In this document: in pieces, positions 1 through 8,581 of the stretch
Position numbering within the stretch: position 1 is the stretch's first letter
Layout of the letters: every line of letters starts with the position of its first letter
Assembly (NCBI GenBank): GCA_020347565.1
Contig: CP070732.1
Location: 861,216-925,215 of the forward strand
Direction of reading: 5' to 3'
Length of the DNA: 64,000 nt
Origin: Methanobacteriota archaeon
GTDB taxonomy: Archaea > Thermoplasmatota > Thermoplasmata > UBA10834
Notes under the pieces: generated by a model
What the model was told of the DNA's origin: nothing
The model's database searches: none
Seen by the model: the letters and a program-made list of their open reading frames with translations, nothing else
Position numbers and translations under genes: made by a program

Positions 1-84
1 CGTCATGGTCGAGGGGGCCATCAACGGTCCTAGCCTTGACTGGCCAATGGGTGTCGATTCTTTCCTAGATGTGCGCCCGCGCGC

Positions 85-143
85 GCGCTTATATAGGCGT
101 GACTGGCGCCAGTGCGTTTTTCACGAAACTTATATATATACTC
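85..143 (+). promoter_or_regulatory. Archaeal-type BRE/TATA elements upstream of surface-protein gene (two candidate TATA boxes, ~89-97 and ~129-140)
   Basis: Sequences 'gcttatatagg' and 'cgaaacttatatatatact' are the only AT-rich islands in an otherwise GC-rich region. The second box sits ~35-40 nt upstream of the ATG at 174. Confidence 0.4.
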
Positions 144-173
144 CAAGAAATAATGGCCTGGGATGGGACGCCT

Positions 174-2624
174 ATGAAAGACAGGATTCTAAGTGTAGCG
201 GTTGCGCTGAGCCTCTTGGCCGTAGTGTTTGTCGCGGTTCCGTCGCCGACGGAAGCGGCAGTCCACTACACGGGAACAGTGCAAGCGACGGACGACTCTG
301 GAGACCAAAAAGACGTGTATTGGCGCGGCGACCCCGTGTATGTGGCGGTGGAATCGTTCGAGGACGGGAACGCGTCCAACGAGACCATCGTCGTAGAGCT
401 GGTGAATCAGGACGGCGTGGAGCTGAACTCCTTCCTGGCCTGGACGGGTGTGTCGGAGACCGGCCTCTATGAGAGCTGGACGGATCCGCCCATACAGTGG
501 CTCAGCACATGGGCCACCATCAGCGGGGAGTTCGCGATCTACGATGTCGTGGTGAAGGTGCTTGACGGCCCTGAGTACGAAATCGCCAGAACGCAGATAA
601 CCGTCCGTAACGAAGGACTGACACTGGAGCCTCCGAACTGGGGCAGCTACTACCCTGGACAGGAGGTGAATATAACCCTCGTAACCAGTGAGGAGGATGA
701 CTTCTACATCCAGCTGGTGAACGACACCTACGAAGACTTCTACCTCAACGAGTCAAACCAGGACCCGGGCGACGAGGGTTACTGGCAATATACATGGATA
801 ATAGACAACCGCACACCCGACGGCACGTACATGCTGAACATCAGGGACGATAGCGACGATATCATCTGGTACACCGAGTGGGTGACGATCGCCAAGTACG
901 TGCTACTCGCGGACACCGACGCGACCTGGGTGCTCCCCGGGGAGATCGTCGCGGTGGTCTATGACGTGGTTGAGATCGCCACGCTGACGCACTACGCGGG
1001 CGTGTCGATAGAATGGAACGCAGTGTACTTCGACGAGGATGGCGACGAGGTCGTCGACACCGGCGCGACCGATGTGTCGCATGGCACCATCTATTATCAG
1101 GTGGCCGATGACATAGCGCTCTGGTCCGACATCGACATGATGATATGGGCCAACGAAAGCGATGAGAGGTCGAGCGACGAATGGCTGTGGTTCACCGTTG
1201 GCGTGCTGAGCGTGGACCTGGACGTGGATGACGGCCCGCACGTGCCGGGAGACGCTGTGAGCGTCGATGTCCAGGCCTTCGTGGGGAACGACGAGCTCTC
1301 AGGAGCCCAGGTTGACCTCAGTGTGTGGATGGACGGCACGGAGCTCGACCAGTACAGCGCATCCGGCATGATAACGGACATGACAGGCACGGTCGTTTAC
1401 GACTTCATGCTGGACACGGACTCGCAGAAAGGCACCTACATCGTCGAGGTTACGGTGTCGAAGCTGGGCTTCGAGGTAACCACGATGGCCACCTTCGAGG
1501 TCGAGTGGACCGGAGCCCTGTGGGTGGAGTTCTCCAAGGACTACTACTTCAGCGGACAGGAAGCATCCTTCGACTTCAAGGTCGTATGGAACAACGAGGA
1601 GGTGCTGGAGCCCACGTCCGTGTACTACGAGGTCGTCGGCGTCACAGGGCTTCTGAAGACGGGCAACACGACGACCGGTCACGGAAATTGCCAGATACCT
1701 GACGGCTATGTCGGCTGGATTGAGGTCTACGCCACGACGATCCTGAACGGCTACTGGCTCAGCGACTGGGACGACGCGGACGTATACATGGCGGATGTCA
1801 TCCTGGTGCCCATGAAGGAGACGTACCGCGCGGGCGACACCGTAACCTGGCTCTATGAGATAGTCGGCACGATGGACGACAACTCGAGCATAGCCTACGT
1901 CGTGGTCGACGACGATGATGTCAGGGTGGCGCAGGCCACGATGATGTACACTCCTGCTGGCTCGATATCCTTCGACGTTCCCGAGACCTACCCGTCGGAC
2001 TCGTACACCATGGAGCTCACCCTCGATGATGGGTTGGGCCACATCGCGTACACATCTTCGACCGTATGGCTTTACGCCAACTACGAGATACATGTGTGGC
2101 TGGAGTCTAGCGCGGGCTTCGCGTCCAACGCGTACGAGGCCGGCGCGACGCTCGTAGTCGGATACAGCATAGAGGCCGTCGGCGTCGAACACCTCGACCT
2201 GTACGCGATATGGTTCGAGTCGAGCGACGACTGGGTCGACCACAGCGTCCTTGTGACCGAGGCGACCGGGACATTCGAGTACCAGGTAGACGAGAACGCG
2301 GTGGACGGCGACTACTGGCTGTACGTGGACCTGCAGGACCCCGTGAGCGACTCCTGGCTGTCCTGGGACGGCGTGGGCTACTCCGTCCAGGCCGACCAGT
2401 CCACATGGGACAGGGATGTTGCGGGACTGAGCTTGTTCGAGATGACCGTGCTCTTCCTGCTGGTCGTGATGGTCATACTGCTGATTATCGTGCCCTTCCT
2501 CAAGGGTAGGGCTGGTGCCGAGAAGCCTCCGAAGCCGCGGTCAATGGAGCACGTACCGCCAGAGGAGCCGGAGCCGGCCGAGGAGCCTCCGCCCGCGCCC
2601 GAAGAGGAACCCCCGAGTTCCTGA
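174..2624 (+). CDS. Large secreted acidic cell-surface (S-layer/adhesin-like) glycoprotein with C-terminal TM anchor and Pro/Glu-rich cytoplasmic tail
   Basis: The ORF spans 69..2624. Starting at ATG 174 gives a classic signal peptide, MKDRILSVAVALSLLAVVFVAVPSPTEA|AV. The protein is very D/E-rich with many N-x-S/T sequons. A C-terminal hydrophobic helix (LFEMTVLFLLVVMVILLIIVPFL) is followed by KGRAGAEKPPKPRS and a PEEPEPAEEPPPAPEEEPP tail. The start is ambiguous (153 or 174). Confidence 0.6.
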   Translation: MKDRILSVAVALSLLAVVFVAVPSPTEAAVHYTGTVQATDDSGDQKDVYWRGDPVYVAVESFEDGNASNETIVVELVNQDGVELNSFLAWTGVSETGLYESWTDPPIQWLSTWATISGEFAIYDVVVKVLDGPEYEIARTQITVRNEGLTLEPPNWGSYYPGQEVNITLVTSEEDDFYIQLVNDTYEDFYLNESNQDPGDEGYWQYTWIIDNRTPDGTYMLNIRDDSDDIIWYTEWVTIAKYVLLADTDATWVLPGEIVAVVYDVVEIATLTHYAGVSIEWNAVYFDEDGDEVVDTGATDVSHGTIYYQVADDIALWSDIDMMIWANESDERSSDEWLWFTVGVLSVDLDVDDGPHVPGDAVSVDVQAFVGNDELSGAQVDLSVWMDGTELDQYSASGMITDMTGTVVYDFMLDTDSQKGTYIVEVTVSKLGFEVTTMATFEVEWTGALWVEFSKDYYFSGQEASFDFKVVWNNEEVLEPTSVYYEVVGVTGLLKTGNTTTGHGNCQIPDGYVGWIEVYATTILNGYWLSDWDDADVYMADVILVPMKETYRAGDTVTWLYEIVGTMDDNSSIAYVVVDDDDVRVAQATMMYTPAGSISFDVPETYPSDSYTMELTLDDGLGHIAYTSSTVWLYANYEIHVWLESSAGFASNAYEAGATLVVGYSIEAVGVEHLDLYAIWFESSDDWVDHSVLVTEATGTFEYQVDENAVDGDYWLYVDLQDPVSDSWLSWDGVGYSVQADQSTWDRDVAGLSLFEMTVLFLLVVMVILLIIVPFLKGRAGAEKPPKPRSMEHVPPEEPEPAEEPPPAPEEEPPSS

Positions 2625-2761
2625 TCGGTGCACGAGACGCACAGACCATAAACCCCTTCGCCGAAACCCCTTCTCCTATTCTTCTCACGCGGGCGCCTGT
2701 ACAGGGGTCCGTTGGGCGGTGATGGCAAAGCATTATACTCCGTTCGCTCCATCACGCGACA

Positions 2762-4066
2762 ATGGCCACCCGTGAGAAGGCCGCGGTCATCGGCCTGGGA
2801 TATGTCGGCATACCCCTGGCGTCCCTCCTGGCGGACAGGGGCTACGCCGTTGTGGGCATGGACATAGACCCACAGCGCGTAGGCGACGTCAACGAAGGGC
2901 GCGTGCCCCTAAAGGGAGACGAGCCGGACCTTCAGCCTCTGCTCGCGAAGGTCGTGAGGAAGGGCTGGCTTAAGGCTTCCGAGGACTTCGGTGGGTGCAG
3001 ACAGGCGAAGACCGTTTTCGTGTGCGTCGATACGCCGGTCGACGAGCAGATGCGGCCCGACAACCGTCGGATGATTGCCGCTGCGAAGCGCATCGGCGAG
3101 AACCTTTCGAAGGGGACGATGGTGGTCGTCGAGTCGACCGTCGCGCCAGGGACGATGCTGGGGACCGTGGCGCCGATCATCGAAGGCACGAGTGGACTTC
3201 GCCTCGGAAGGGACTTCAAGCTGGCGCACTGCCCAGAGAGGGTGATGCCTGGAAGGCTCCTGCACAACCTGACGAACTACGACCGCGTGCTGGGCTCCCT
3301 CGACGACGAGAGCGCGAGGAGGGCGGAGGCCATCTACTCGAAGCTCACGGCTGGCGAGCTGCACAGGACTGGGCTCACGACAGCGGAGGTCGTCAAGACG
3401 GCGGAGAACGCCTACAGGGACGTGCAGATAGCCTTCGCGAACGAGGTCTCGTCCATATGCGAGAAGCTCGGCGTTGACGCGTTCGAGGTGAGGAAGCTCG
3501 TGAACACCTCGCCATTCAGGGACATGCACCTCCCCGGTGCGGGCGTTGGCGGGCACTGCCTGCCGAAGGACCCTTGGCTGCTCGCCTTCGGGGGACGCGA
3601 GGCGCAGCCCGTGCTGATACCGACCGCGCGCATGATCAACGACGGCATGCCGTTCCACGTGGCCGAGCTCACCGCGGACGCCCTCAGGCGCATGAAGGTC
3701 AGGAGGGCCTCCGCGGTGGTGGCGGTTCTCGGCGCGTCGTACACGGGCGACGCTGGAGATATCAGGAACTCGCCTACGGCCTCGCTTATATCTTGTCTCG
3801 AGGGCGTGAAGGAGATACGCGTCCACGACCCGTTCGTGGACGACCTCTACGGGGTCAACGTGCTCCGCAGGGCGCCGGACGCGCTCAAGGGTGCCGACGT
3901 CGCGGTCTTCATGGTAGCGCACAAGGAGTACGCCAGACTGACGCCATCGACGCTTAAGAAGCACATGCGAAGGCTGGCGGTCGTCGACGGCAGGAACCTG
4001 TTCTCGGAGAAGAGGATGACGAAGGCAGGCTTCGTCTACCGGGGAGTGGGCAAGGGCCTCAGCTGA
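2762..4066 (+). CDS. Nucleotide-sugar 6-dehydrogenase (UDP-glucose/UDP-GlcNAc/UDP-ManNAc dehydrogenase family, WbpA/WecC-like)
   Basis: The N-terminus has a Rossmann motif (AAVIGLGYVGIPLA). The catalytic-Cys motif GGHCLPKDP is present. Length (434 aa) and domain order are typical of UDP-sugar 6-dehydrogenases. Confidence 0.85.
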   Translation: MATREKAAVIGLGYVGIPLASLLADRGYAVVGMDIDPQRVGDVNEGRVPLKGDEPDLQPLLAKVVRKGWLKASEDFGGCRQAKTVFVCVDTPVDEQMRPDNRRMIAAAKRIGENLSKGTMVVVESTVAPGTMLGTVAPIIEGTSGLRLGRDFKLAHCPERVMPGRLLHNLTNYDRVLGSLDDESARRAEAIYSKLTAGELHRTGLTTAEVVKTAENAYRDVQIAFANEVSSICEKLGVDAFEVRKLVNTSPFRDMHLPGAGVGGHCLPKDPWLLAFGGREAQPVLIPTARMINDGMPFHVAELTADALRRMKVRRASAVVAVLGASYTGDAGDIRNSPTASLISCLEGVKEIRVHDPFVDDLYGVNVLRRAPDALKGADVAVFMVAHKEYARLTPSTLKKHMRRLAVVDGRNLFSEKRMTKAGFVYRGVGKGLS

Positions 4067-4946
4067 GCAGCTCCTCGAGCCCCTCCCTGAGAGATATCCT
4101 AGGCACGAATCCGAAGGTGTCGTAGGTCTTCTTCATGTCAGCGACGCTGTGCCGTATGTCGCCAGTCCTCGGAGCTACATGCTCAGGCTCCAGGTCTAGC
4201 CCGCGTATCGATATCACGAGCCTCGCCAGGTCGAGCACGCTCGTGCGGTCGCCAGTGCCGCAGTTGAACACCTGACCGGAGTGTCCCTCCGCCTCCGCTA
4301 CCGTCCCCACGAACGCGGCTACGTCCTTCGCATGAATGAAATCTCTCGTCTGCAGGCCGTCGCCCTCGATTAGTGGTGGCTTGCCCTCCGCCACACGCCT
4401 GGTGAACTTGGTGATGACGCCCGAGTACGGGCTGTCTGGGTCCGCTCGCTCCGAGTAGAAGTTGAACGGCCGTATCGCCACGACCTCCATCTCGTGCGAG
4501 CTGGCGTACGCGACAGCGAAGCGCTCTCCCGCGAGCTTGCTCGCGCCGTAGTTGCTGGTGGGCTCCGTCGGATGTTCCTCGTCTATCGGCACGCGTCTCG
4601 GGTCGCCCAGAACCGCAGCGCTTGACAGATAGACGAACCTGCGCACGCCTGCCTCGGCGGCTTCGTGGAGCATGTTGATCGTGCCGATCACGTTCGTCTC
4701 GGCGTCGGTCACCGGGTCCACCATCGACCGTTCCACGCTCACCTGGGCGGCGCAGTGGACTACCACCTCGACGCCGGCAACGGCCTCCCTCACATCGGCC
4801 CGGCGTCTCACGTCGCCGATTATCGATTCGAGCCCCTCGACGCGACCGAGGAGCAGGTCAAAGCCGAGCACATCGTGCCCGTCGTACATGTGCTCGCAAA
4901 CGTACGATCCCAGCTGGCCGGAACTGCCCGTCACGAGCACCCTCAT
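4059..4946 (-). CDS. NAD-dependent nucleotide-sugar epimerase/dehydratase (SDR family)
   Basis: The protein begins MRVLVTGSSGQLGSYV, a glycine-rich NAD-binding motif. It carries the catalytic YGASK (YxxxK) motif. Its 3' end overlaps the convergent dehydrogenase gene by 8 nt. Confidence 0.8.
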   Translation of the reverse strand: MRVLVTGSSGQLGSYVCEHMYDGHDVLGFDLLLGRVEGLESIIGDVRRRADVREAVAGVEVVVHCAAQVSVERSMVDPVTDAETNVIGTINMLHEAAEAGVRRFVYLSSAAVLGDPRRVPIDEEHPTEPTSNYGASKLAGERFAVAYASSHEMEVVAIRPFNFYSERADPDSPYSGVITKFTRRVAEGKPPLIEGDGLQTRDFIHAKDVAAFVGTVAEAEGHSGQVFNCGTGDRTSVLDLARLVISIRGLDLEPEHVAPRTGDIRHSVADMKKTYDTFGFVPRISLREGLEELLS

Positions 4947-4992
4947 GTCACACCGTCCACGTCCGCTTCACCGCCTTTTCGCGCCGATCACG

Positions 4993-5970
4993 TCACCTGA
5001 CCGCCTGCTTGCCCCCGGTCCTCATGGACCGCAGCGCCGCGTAGGCGACCTTCAGCGTGGTCAGGGCGCTCTCGCCGGTCACGAGCGGGTCCACGCCATT
5101 GTCGATCGCACCGAGGAAGTCACCTATCTCTCGCTTCAGTGGCTCCTCCTTGCGAAGGGCTATGCGTCTGAGGTCGAACTCGATTGGCACCTCGTACAGG
5201 TTGCCGGTCTCGAGCTGCTTGAAGGACGACGAGCACACGAGGGCGCTCTGGTCCATGTAGTCGACTTCGACGTAGTTCTTGCTGCAAGTCAGCGAGAGCT
5301 TCCGAACCTTCATCGGAGTCAGCCAGTTCACCTCGATGAAGCCGGTTTCGCCTCCTTCGAAATCGATGAGTATGTTCGCGTGGTCTTCGTACTTCGTGCC
5401 CGCGCTCTTCCCCCCGAGGGCGTACACCGATCGCGGCGGCTTCGCGACGATGTGCTGCAGCACATCGATGTCGTGGATACCAAGATCCATGACAACCCCG
5501 ACGTCACGTATCCTCGTGGGCATGGATGACACGCGCCTGGTCGCGGCGGTGATCAGCTCGCCATAGGCCTTCGACTTGATGCTCCTCCGGGCGAAGTCGA
5601 CCGCGGGGTTGTGCCTCTCGGTGAACCCGCCGGCGAGGACGACCTTCTGTCGCCTGGCAAGCGACTCGAGCGCGGCGAGCTTCTTCGGGTCGCCTGTCAT
5701 AGGCTTCTCGAGCAGCACATGCTTTCCCAGCTTGAGCGCCTCCGTGGCGATCCGGCTGTGCGTCGTCGTCGGCGTCACGACCGTCACGGCGTCGAAGTCG
5801 CGCCTCAGGAGCTCCCTGTAGCTTAGGAAGTGCTTGACGGAAAACCGCTTTCCGATAGCCTTCGCCACGCCCGGCGCGGTATCCGCGACACCGCCGAGGA
5901 GGCCCATCTCGGACAGTATCCTGGCATGGTTGCGTCCCATGGACCCCACACCGATGACGCCTACGTTCAT
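4993..5970 (-). CDS. Gfo/Idh/MocA-family NAD(P)-dependent oxidoreductase (WbpB-like)
   Basis: The protein begins MNVGVIGVGSMGRNHARIL and contains the EKP motif (HVLLEKPM). The start was set to the internal ATG at 5970. The upstream 50 codons of the ORF have no homology-like content. Confidence 0.75.
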   Translation of the reverse strand: MNVGVIGVGSMGRNHARILSEMGLLGGVADTAPGVAKAIGKRFSVKHFLSYRELLRRDFDAVTVVTPTTTHSRIATEALKLGKHVLLEKPMTGDPKKLAALESLARRQKVVLAGGFTERHNPAVDFARRSIKSKAYGELITAATRRVSSMPTRIRDVGVVMDLGIHDIDVLQHIVAKPPRSVYALGGKSAGTKYEDHANILIDFEGGETGFIEVNWLTPMKVRKLSLTCSKNYVEVDYMDQSALVCSSSFKQLETGNLYEVPIEFDLRRIALRKEEPLKREIGDFLGAIDNGVDPLVTGESALTTLKVAYAALRSMRTGGKQAVR

Positions 5971-6076
5971 GTCCGAGCAATCGCCATGGACGATAATAAC
6001 TCTTGGGTATGGGGGACGGTAGAGCGGCGTGAAAGGATAAAATACGCAGCGCGGGATATCATGGCGGGTCTTAGGC

Positions 6077-6265
6077 ATGAAGAAGAAGCTGATGGAGATA
6101 CTCGCGTGTCCCGTGTGCAAGCATCACCCCCTGGAGCTGACGGTGACCAAGGAGGACGACAATGAAGTCCTTGAGGGGACGATCAGATGCTCGAAGTGCT
6201 GCATAGACTACCCCATCGAGGACGGCATACCGAACATGCTGCCGCCCGAACGCACCGGTCAGTGA
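6077..6265 (+). CDS. Trm112-family small zinc-finger protein (methyltransferase activator)
   Basis: The 62-aa protein reads MKKKLMEILACPVCKHHPLELT...IRCSKCCIDYPIEDGIPNMLP. This is the canonical Trm112/UPF0434 pattern. A TATA-like 'gataaaatac' lies ~30 nt upstream. Confidence 0.7.
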   Translation: MKKKLMEILACPVCKHHPLELTVTKEDDNEVLEGTIRCSKCCIDYPIEDGIPNMLPPERTGQ

Positions 6266-6720
6266 TCCGCGTCGCTCCTGGGCCGGTGTTCCAGCACCCA
6301 GCGCAGCAGCTCCGTGCTCCTGCACGCGGCCTCCTCCAGCTCCTTCTCCAGTGCATCCTTCTGGTCCGACCTGAAGGCCAGCCCGGACGGCAGGTCGTAC
6401 TCGAACCCGAACGTTATGAGGACCCTGCCGCCCAAGTCCTTGAACTCCCACTCCAGGCGCAGCCGCACGCCCTTCGTGGCCTTGATCACCAGCCTGCGGT
6501 TCTTCGCGAACTCGGTCACGTCCAGCGTCGTCCTGAGCTGCAGCTTGCCCAGGGCTATCGTGGCGTCGAGTGAAGTTCCGGGGCCGTACTGGACGAAGCT
6601 CGTCGGCTCGAGGTTGGAGAACATGGGCAGCCAGCTCTGGAAGTTCTTCCAGTCAGCCACGTACTCGAAGGCGTCTTCGACCCTGGAAGCTACCGATAGT
6701 CTGCGCCTGCAGGAAATCAT
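6259..6720 (-). CDS. SRPBCC (START/Bet v1/polyketide cyclase-like) ligand-binding protein
   Basis: The N-terminus ...LSVASRVEDAFEYVADWKNFQSW fits the SRPBCC 'I.A..E.VF..L.D..N' pattern. Length is ~153 aa. The ATG at 6720 was chosen over the GTG at 6732. Confidence 0.55.
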   Translation of the reverse strand: MISCRRRLSVASRVEDAFEYVADWKNFQSWLPMFSNLEPTSFVQYGPGTSLDATIALGKLQLRTTLDVTEFAKNRRLVIKATKGVRLRLEWEFKDLGGRVLITFGFEYDLPSGLAFRSDQKDALEKELEEAACRSTELLRWVLEHRPRSDADH

Positions 6721-6744
6721 CAGTAACGGCACATGGAACTAGGC

Positions 6745-6760
6745 CGTTGATATATATCCA
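6745..6760. promoter_or_regulatory. TATA box (ttgatatatatcc) in divergent intergenic region
   Basis: This palindromic AT-rich box sits ~30 nt from the minus-strand SRPBCC start (leaderless-type spacing). It lies 110 nt upstream of the PIG-L operon. Confidence 0.4.
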
Positions 6761-6866
6761 TTGCTGAGCGCACACACGAGGCATGAACCGGAGGGCCACA
6801 CAGGTAGTGGGATTTTTATGCGAGGTAATCCGTTCTCCCACCGTCTGCAAGAATGGATGGTTGATT

Positions 6867-7502
6867 ATGAGCGATGGTAGAACGGTTCTGGTCCTGGCAC
6901 CGCACACCGACGATGGTGAACTGGGCTGCGGGGGCACCATAGCGAAGGAGGTCGAGCGCGGCAGCGAGGTTATCTACGTGGCGTTCTCGTCCGCAGACAG
7001 GTCGCTTCCCGAAGGCTATCCGAAAGGCACGCTCAAAAAGGAGCTGACATGCGCCACCAAGGTGCTGGGCGTGCGGAAGGACCATGTGGTGTGCTACGAT
7101 TACGACGTCAGGAACTTCCACGTCAAGCGCCAGGACATACTGGATGAAATGCTCAGGCTCCGGGAGGAGTACGGCCCCACCGTCGTCTTCGCTCCCTCGC
7201 TGAACGACCTCCACCAGGACCACAAGATAGTCGCCGAGGAGGCGAGGCGCATGTTCAAGCGGACATCGATCCTCGGCTACGAGATGCCCTGGAACAACAT
7301 CAGCTTCGACACGCTCTCCTTCTCCGTCCTGGAGAAGAGGCACGTGGACCAAAAGGTCGAGGCGCTGAAATGCTATGAGAGCCAACGCCACAGGGCCTAC
7401 CTGAACAGCGATTTCATCAACAGCTTGGCGCTCGCCAGGGGAGTCCAGGTATCGGTCCCCTACGCCGAGGCGTTCGAGGTCGTACGGTGGATAATGCCAT
7501 GA
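6867..7502 (+). CDS. PIG-L/LmbE-family N-acetylglucosaminyl deacetylase
   Basis: The protein has the VLVLAPHTDDGELGCGGTIAK motif, the PIG-L signature HPDDxE region. Its stop overlaps the next start (ATGA). Confidence 0.75.
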   Translation: MSDGRTVLVLAPHTDDGELGCGGTIAKEVERGSEVIYVAFSSADRSLPEGYPKGTLKKELTCATKVLGVRKDHVVCYDYDVRNFHVKRQDILDEMLRLREEYGPTVVFAPSLNDLHQDHKIVAEEARRMFKRTSILGYEMPWNNISFDTLSFSVLEKRHVDQKVEALKCYESQRHRAYLNSDFINSLALARGVQVSVPYAEAFEVVRWIMP

Positions 7503-8581
7503 GCAGCGAAGCCCTGGGACGCGTCTCAGTACTGGTCACCGCCGTCGGGGCGCCCGGCGCGGCGGGCATCATCAGCGCGCTTCGCAGGAACGGCGAGCGC
7601 GAGACTTCCGTGTTCGGCGTGGACATGAACTCCCAGGCTTCGGGAAAGGCATTGGTGGACGGCTTCTCGAAGGTGCCGAAGGGCAACGACCCCGGGTTCA
7701 TCGATGATATCATCGACGCAAGCCACGAGTTCGATGTCGGCGTGATCCTCCCGCTCTCTACGGAGGAGCTTCTGGCCTTCGCGTCCGCGAAGGACCGCAT
7801 ACGCGAATCGACAGGCGCCGTCACAGTGGTGAGCGCGAAGGACGCGATCGCCGCATCCAACGAGAAGGGTAAGCTGTTCACTAGACTGGCGTCGGCCGGG
7901 GTGCCAGTGCCGGAACACTCCGTCGTGCGGTCGCCCGCGCAGCTGAGGCGGGCGTGCGCCGAGCTTGGCCACCCTGGCCTCCCGGTCTGCATGAAACCGT
8001 CGTTCGCCCACGGCGGCAGGGGGTTCAGGGTCATCGAGGACTCGGCACCGACGGACGATACACTGCTCAGGCGGAAGCCCGAGAGCGCGTCGATATCCCT
8101 CGTCGAGGCGGAGCGACTGCTCGCGGGCCTGGAGAGCCCTCCAGAGATGCTCGTGATGGAGTTCCTTCCCGGTCGGGAGTACAGCGTCGACCTGCTCTGT
8201 TCGAAGGGCGAGATGCTCGTGGCGATACCGAGGTCGAGGGACGAGATACGGTCGGGCATAAGCTTCCGGGGAACCGTAGTCGACCGCGACGACGCGGTCG
8301 ACGTCTGCCGCAGGGTTTGCGATACGATGGAGTTCGACGGGCCCATCGGGGTGCAGTTTCGCGAGGACAGGGATGGCGCGCTCAAGGTGCTGGAGATCAA
8401 CCCTCGTCTGCACGGCAGCGTCGCGCTGTCGGTCGCTGCCGGCGTGAACGTGCCGTATCTGGCCGTCAAGGGTGCGCTGAACGAGCCGTTTGACATCCCA
8501 CCCATCAGGTACGGCACGACGATGACCAGGTACTGGGGTGCGACCTTCCATGACAAGGATGGACTTCCACATACACTCTGA
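7499..8581 (+). CDS. ATP-grasp domain protein (carbamoyl-phosphate-synthase-like carboxylate-amine ligase fold)
   Basis: A glycine-rich N-terminal domain is followed by a typical ATP-grasp core (…CMKPSFAHGGRGFRVIED…LVMEFLPGREYSVDLL…EINPRLHGS). The ATG at 7499 overlaps the PIG-L stop (ATGA). Confidence 0.65.
   Translation: MSSEALGRVSVLVTAVGAPGAAGIISALRRNGERETSVFGVDMNSQASGKALVDGFSKVPKGNDPGFIDDIIDASHEFDVGVILPLSTEELLAFASAKDRIRESTGAVTVVSAKDAIAASNEKGKLFTRLASAGVPVPEHSVVRSPAQLRRACAELGHPGLPVCMKPSFAHGGRGFRVIEDSAPTDDTLLRRKPESASISLVEAERLLAGLESPPEMLVMEFLPGREYSVDLLCSKGEMLVAIPRSRDEIRSGISFRGTVVDRDDAVDVCRRVCDTMEFDGPIGVQFREDRDGALKVLEINPRLHGSVALSVAAGVNVPYLAVKGALNEPFDIPPIRYGTTMTRYWGATFHDKDGLPHTL

Noticed and set aside
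5-472. 155-aa ORF at the window start
   Set aside because: It is Arg/Gly-rich low-complexity translation. It overlaps the promoter and the signal-peptide region of the real surface-protein gene in another frame.
1299-2243. 314-aa minus-strand ORF inside the surface-protein gene, and similar long antisense ORFs (2909..3964, 7417..8556/7526..8572, 15985..16983, 16923..18050, 18317..19849, 29277..30110, 36643..37533, 43698..45212, 47725..48423)
   Set aside because: These are shadow ORFs expected in ~62% GC DNA. They are Arg/Pro/Gly/His-rich with low-complexity composition, and they are antisense to genes with strong homology-like motifs. There is no independent support.
174-2624. PGF-CTERM/archaeosortase sorting signal on the surface proteins
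   Set aside because: None of the C-terminal anchors contains a PGF tripeptide. They are plain TM helices with basic or acidic tails.
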